Shown piece after piece: positions 42,322 to 43,067 of a DNA stretch of 43,067 nt. The notes under the pieces were generated by a model. It did no database searches, had not been told where the DNA came from, and was given only the letters and a program-made list of their open reading frames with translations. The DNA is from a virus, in IMG/VR virus record IMGVR_UViG_3300045988_098493, positions 1 through 43,067 of that record; one strand, written 5' to 3'. Position 1 is the stretch's first letter, and every line of letters starts with the position of its first letter. The position numbers and the translations under genes are program-made.

Positions 42322-43067
42322 ATGAAATACACAAAACAAACGTGGACCGACGGCGTGACCGTATTGGATGCCGCGACGATGGAGCACATCGAACAGGGCA
42401 TCGCGGATGTGACCGATGCGGTGACGGAATTGCAGGAGAACGGCGGGAGTGGGAACACGGGCGGCAGCAGCGGTCTGAGCAGCACCGCCAAAACTCTTAT
42501 CTTGTCGCTGTTTGAGTCGGCAGCCTATGGCAATGCGGCCATGCAGAGCCAGCTGGACGCGCTCAAGACCGAGTTCGGCCAGAGCACGGGCGGCGGAGAC
42601 AGCGGCGACGTAGTGGAGTTCTGCAACATCGCATACAGCCTAAGTCATGTAACCAGCGCGGCTGGCGGCATTTCTACTGCGGTCCAGAAGGGCAAATCCT
42701 TCACGGATACCCTGACAGCGGCCTCCGGCTTCACCATGTCCAGCGTGACCATCAAAATGGGTGGCGCAGACATTACGTCCAGCGCCTACAACGCCAGCAC
42801 CCGGGTGGTGAGCATTGCCAGCGTGACCGGAAATGTGACCATTACGGCAACGGCGGTGGCAGCCACGGTCGCGGTGTCTAGCGTGTCCCTGAACAAATCC
42901 ACCCTCAGCCTGACCGAGGGCAGCAGCGAGACGCTGACGGCCACAGTCCTGCCCAGAAACGCCACCAACAAGACCGTGACATGGACGGTCTCGCCCAGCG
43001 GTTATGCGACGGTTTCCGGTGGTGTGGTCAAGGCCGTCAAGGCGGGCAGCTGCACGGTCACGGCCAC
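42322..43067 (+). CDS. Second tail fibre / receptor-binding protein, paralogue of 1-944; 3' end runs off the window
   Basis: ATG at 42322 with GGAAGGAG 8 nt upstream. The frame is open to the window end, and it is absent from the ORF track because there is no stop codon. MKYTKQTWTDGVTVLDAATMEHIEQGIADVTDAVTELQENGG.... From about aa 55 onward it is collinear with the left fibre, but it lacks the collagen-like run. Confidence 0.8.
   Translation, partial: MKYTKQTWTDGVTVLDAATMEHIEQGIADVTDAVTELQENGGSGNTGGSSGLSSTAKTLILSLFESAAYGNAAMQSQLDALKTEFGQSTGGGDSGDVVEFCNIAYSLSHVTSAAGGISTAVQKGKSFTDTLTAASGFTMSSVTIKMGGADITSSAYNASTRVVSIASVTGNVTITATAVAATVAVSSVSLNKSTLSLTEGSSETLTATVLPRNATNKTVTWTVSPSGYATVSGGVVKAVKAGSCTVTA
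42484..43067. repeat. Right copy of the window-terminal inverted repeat (partner 1-580)
   Basis: See the left copy (1-580). The last 75 nt are the exact reverse complement of the first 75 nt. Confidence 0.9.

Noticed and set aside
39826-43067. A diversity-generating retroelement targeting the Big_2/fibre genes.
   Set aside because: No reverse transcriptase, template repeat or adenine-specific mismatch pattern is visible in the window. The differences between fibre paralogues are not restricted to A positions.

Overview
High-GC (roughly 60% by eye) tailed-phage or prophage DNA, apparently from a Clostridia-type Firmicutes host. All calls are made by eye from the ORF translations and the nucleotide sequence; no searches were run. 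The window has two divergent arms around a ~290-bp non-coding region (22121-22411).

LEFT ARM (minus strand, 22120 down to 1):
- Replication genes: a superfamily-2 helicase, a primase/AAA_25 helicase, an iteron/hairpin ori-like region and RusA.
- A DUF1492/sigma-region-4-like late regulator.
- A complete TP901-1/SPP1-style siphovirus morphogenesis operon: TerS, TerL, portal, MuF, GP20 scaffold, 272-aa capsid, four neck proteins, 169-aa major tail protein, chaperone, Gp15, 991-aa tape measure, Dit, Tal-like protein, receptor-binding protein and a collagen-like fibre.

RIGHT ARM (plus strand, 22412 to 43067):
- A second, unrelated HK97-fold capsid gene carrying an L27/Prp-type N-terminal cleavage motif.
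- Several virion-like genes of unknown function.
- An oppositely oriented hicAB toxin-antitoxin moron.
- A 3481-aa polyvalent-type giant protein with an HExxH motif.
- A 741-aa multi-Big_2 protein and a second fibre gene.
- No portal, terminase or scaffold is visible in this arm.

OTHER STRUCTURE:
- The two window ends form an inverted repeat. The first 75 nt are the exact reverse complement of the last 75 nt, and diverged homology extends to ~580 bp. The repeat lies inside the two outward-facing paralogous fibre genes.
- A ~76-79-nt repeat with a covarying hairpin occurs four times in the right arm: three times at gene boundaries and once in frame inside the giant ORF.
- No integrase, lysis genes, tRNA, rRNA or CRISPR array were seen.
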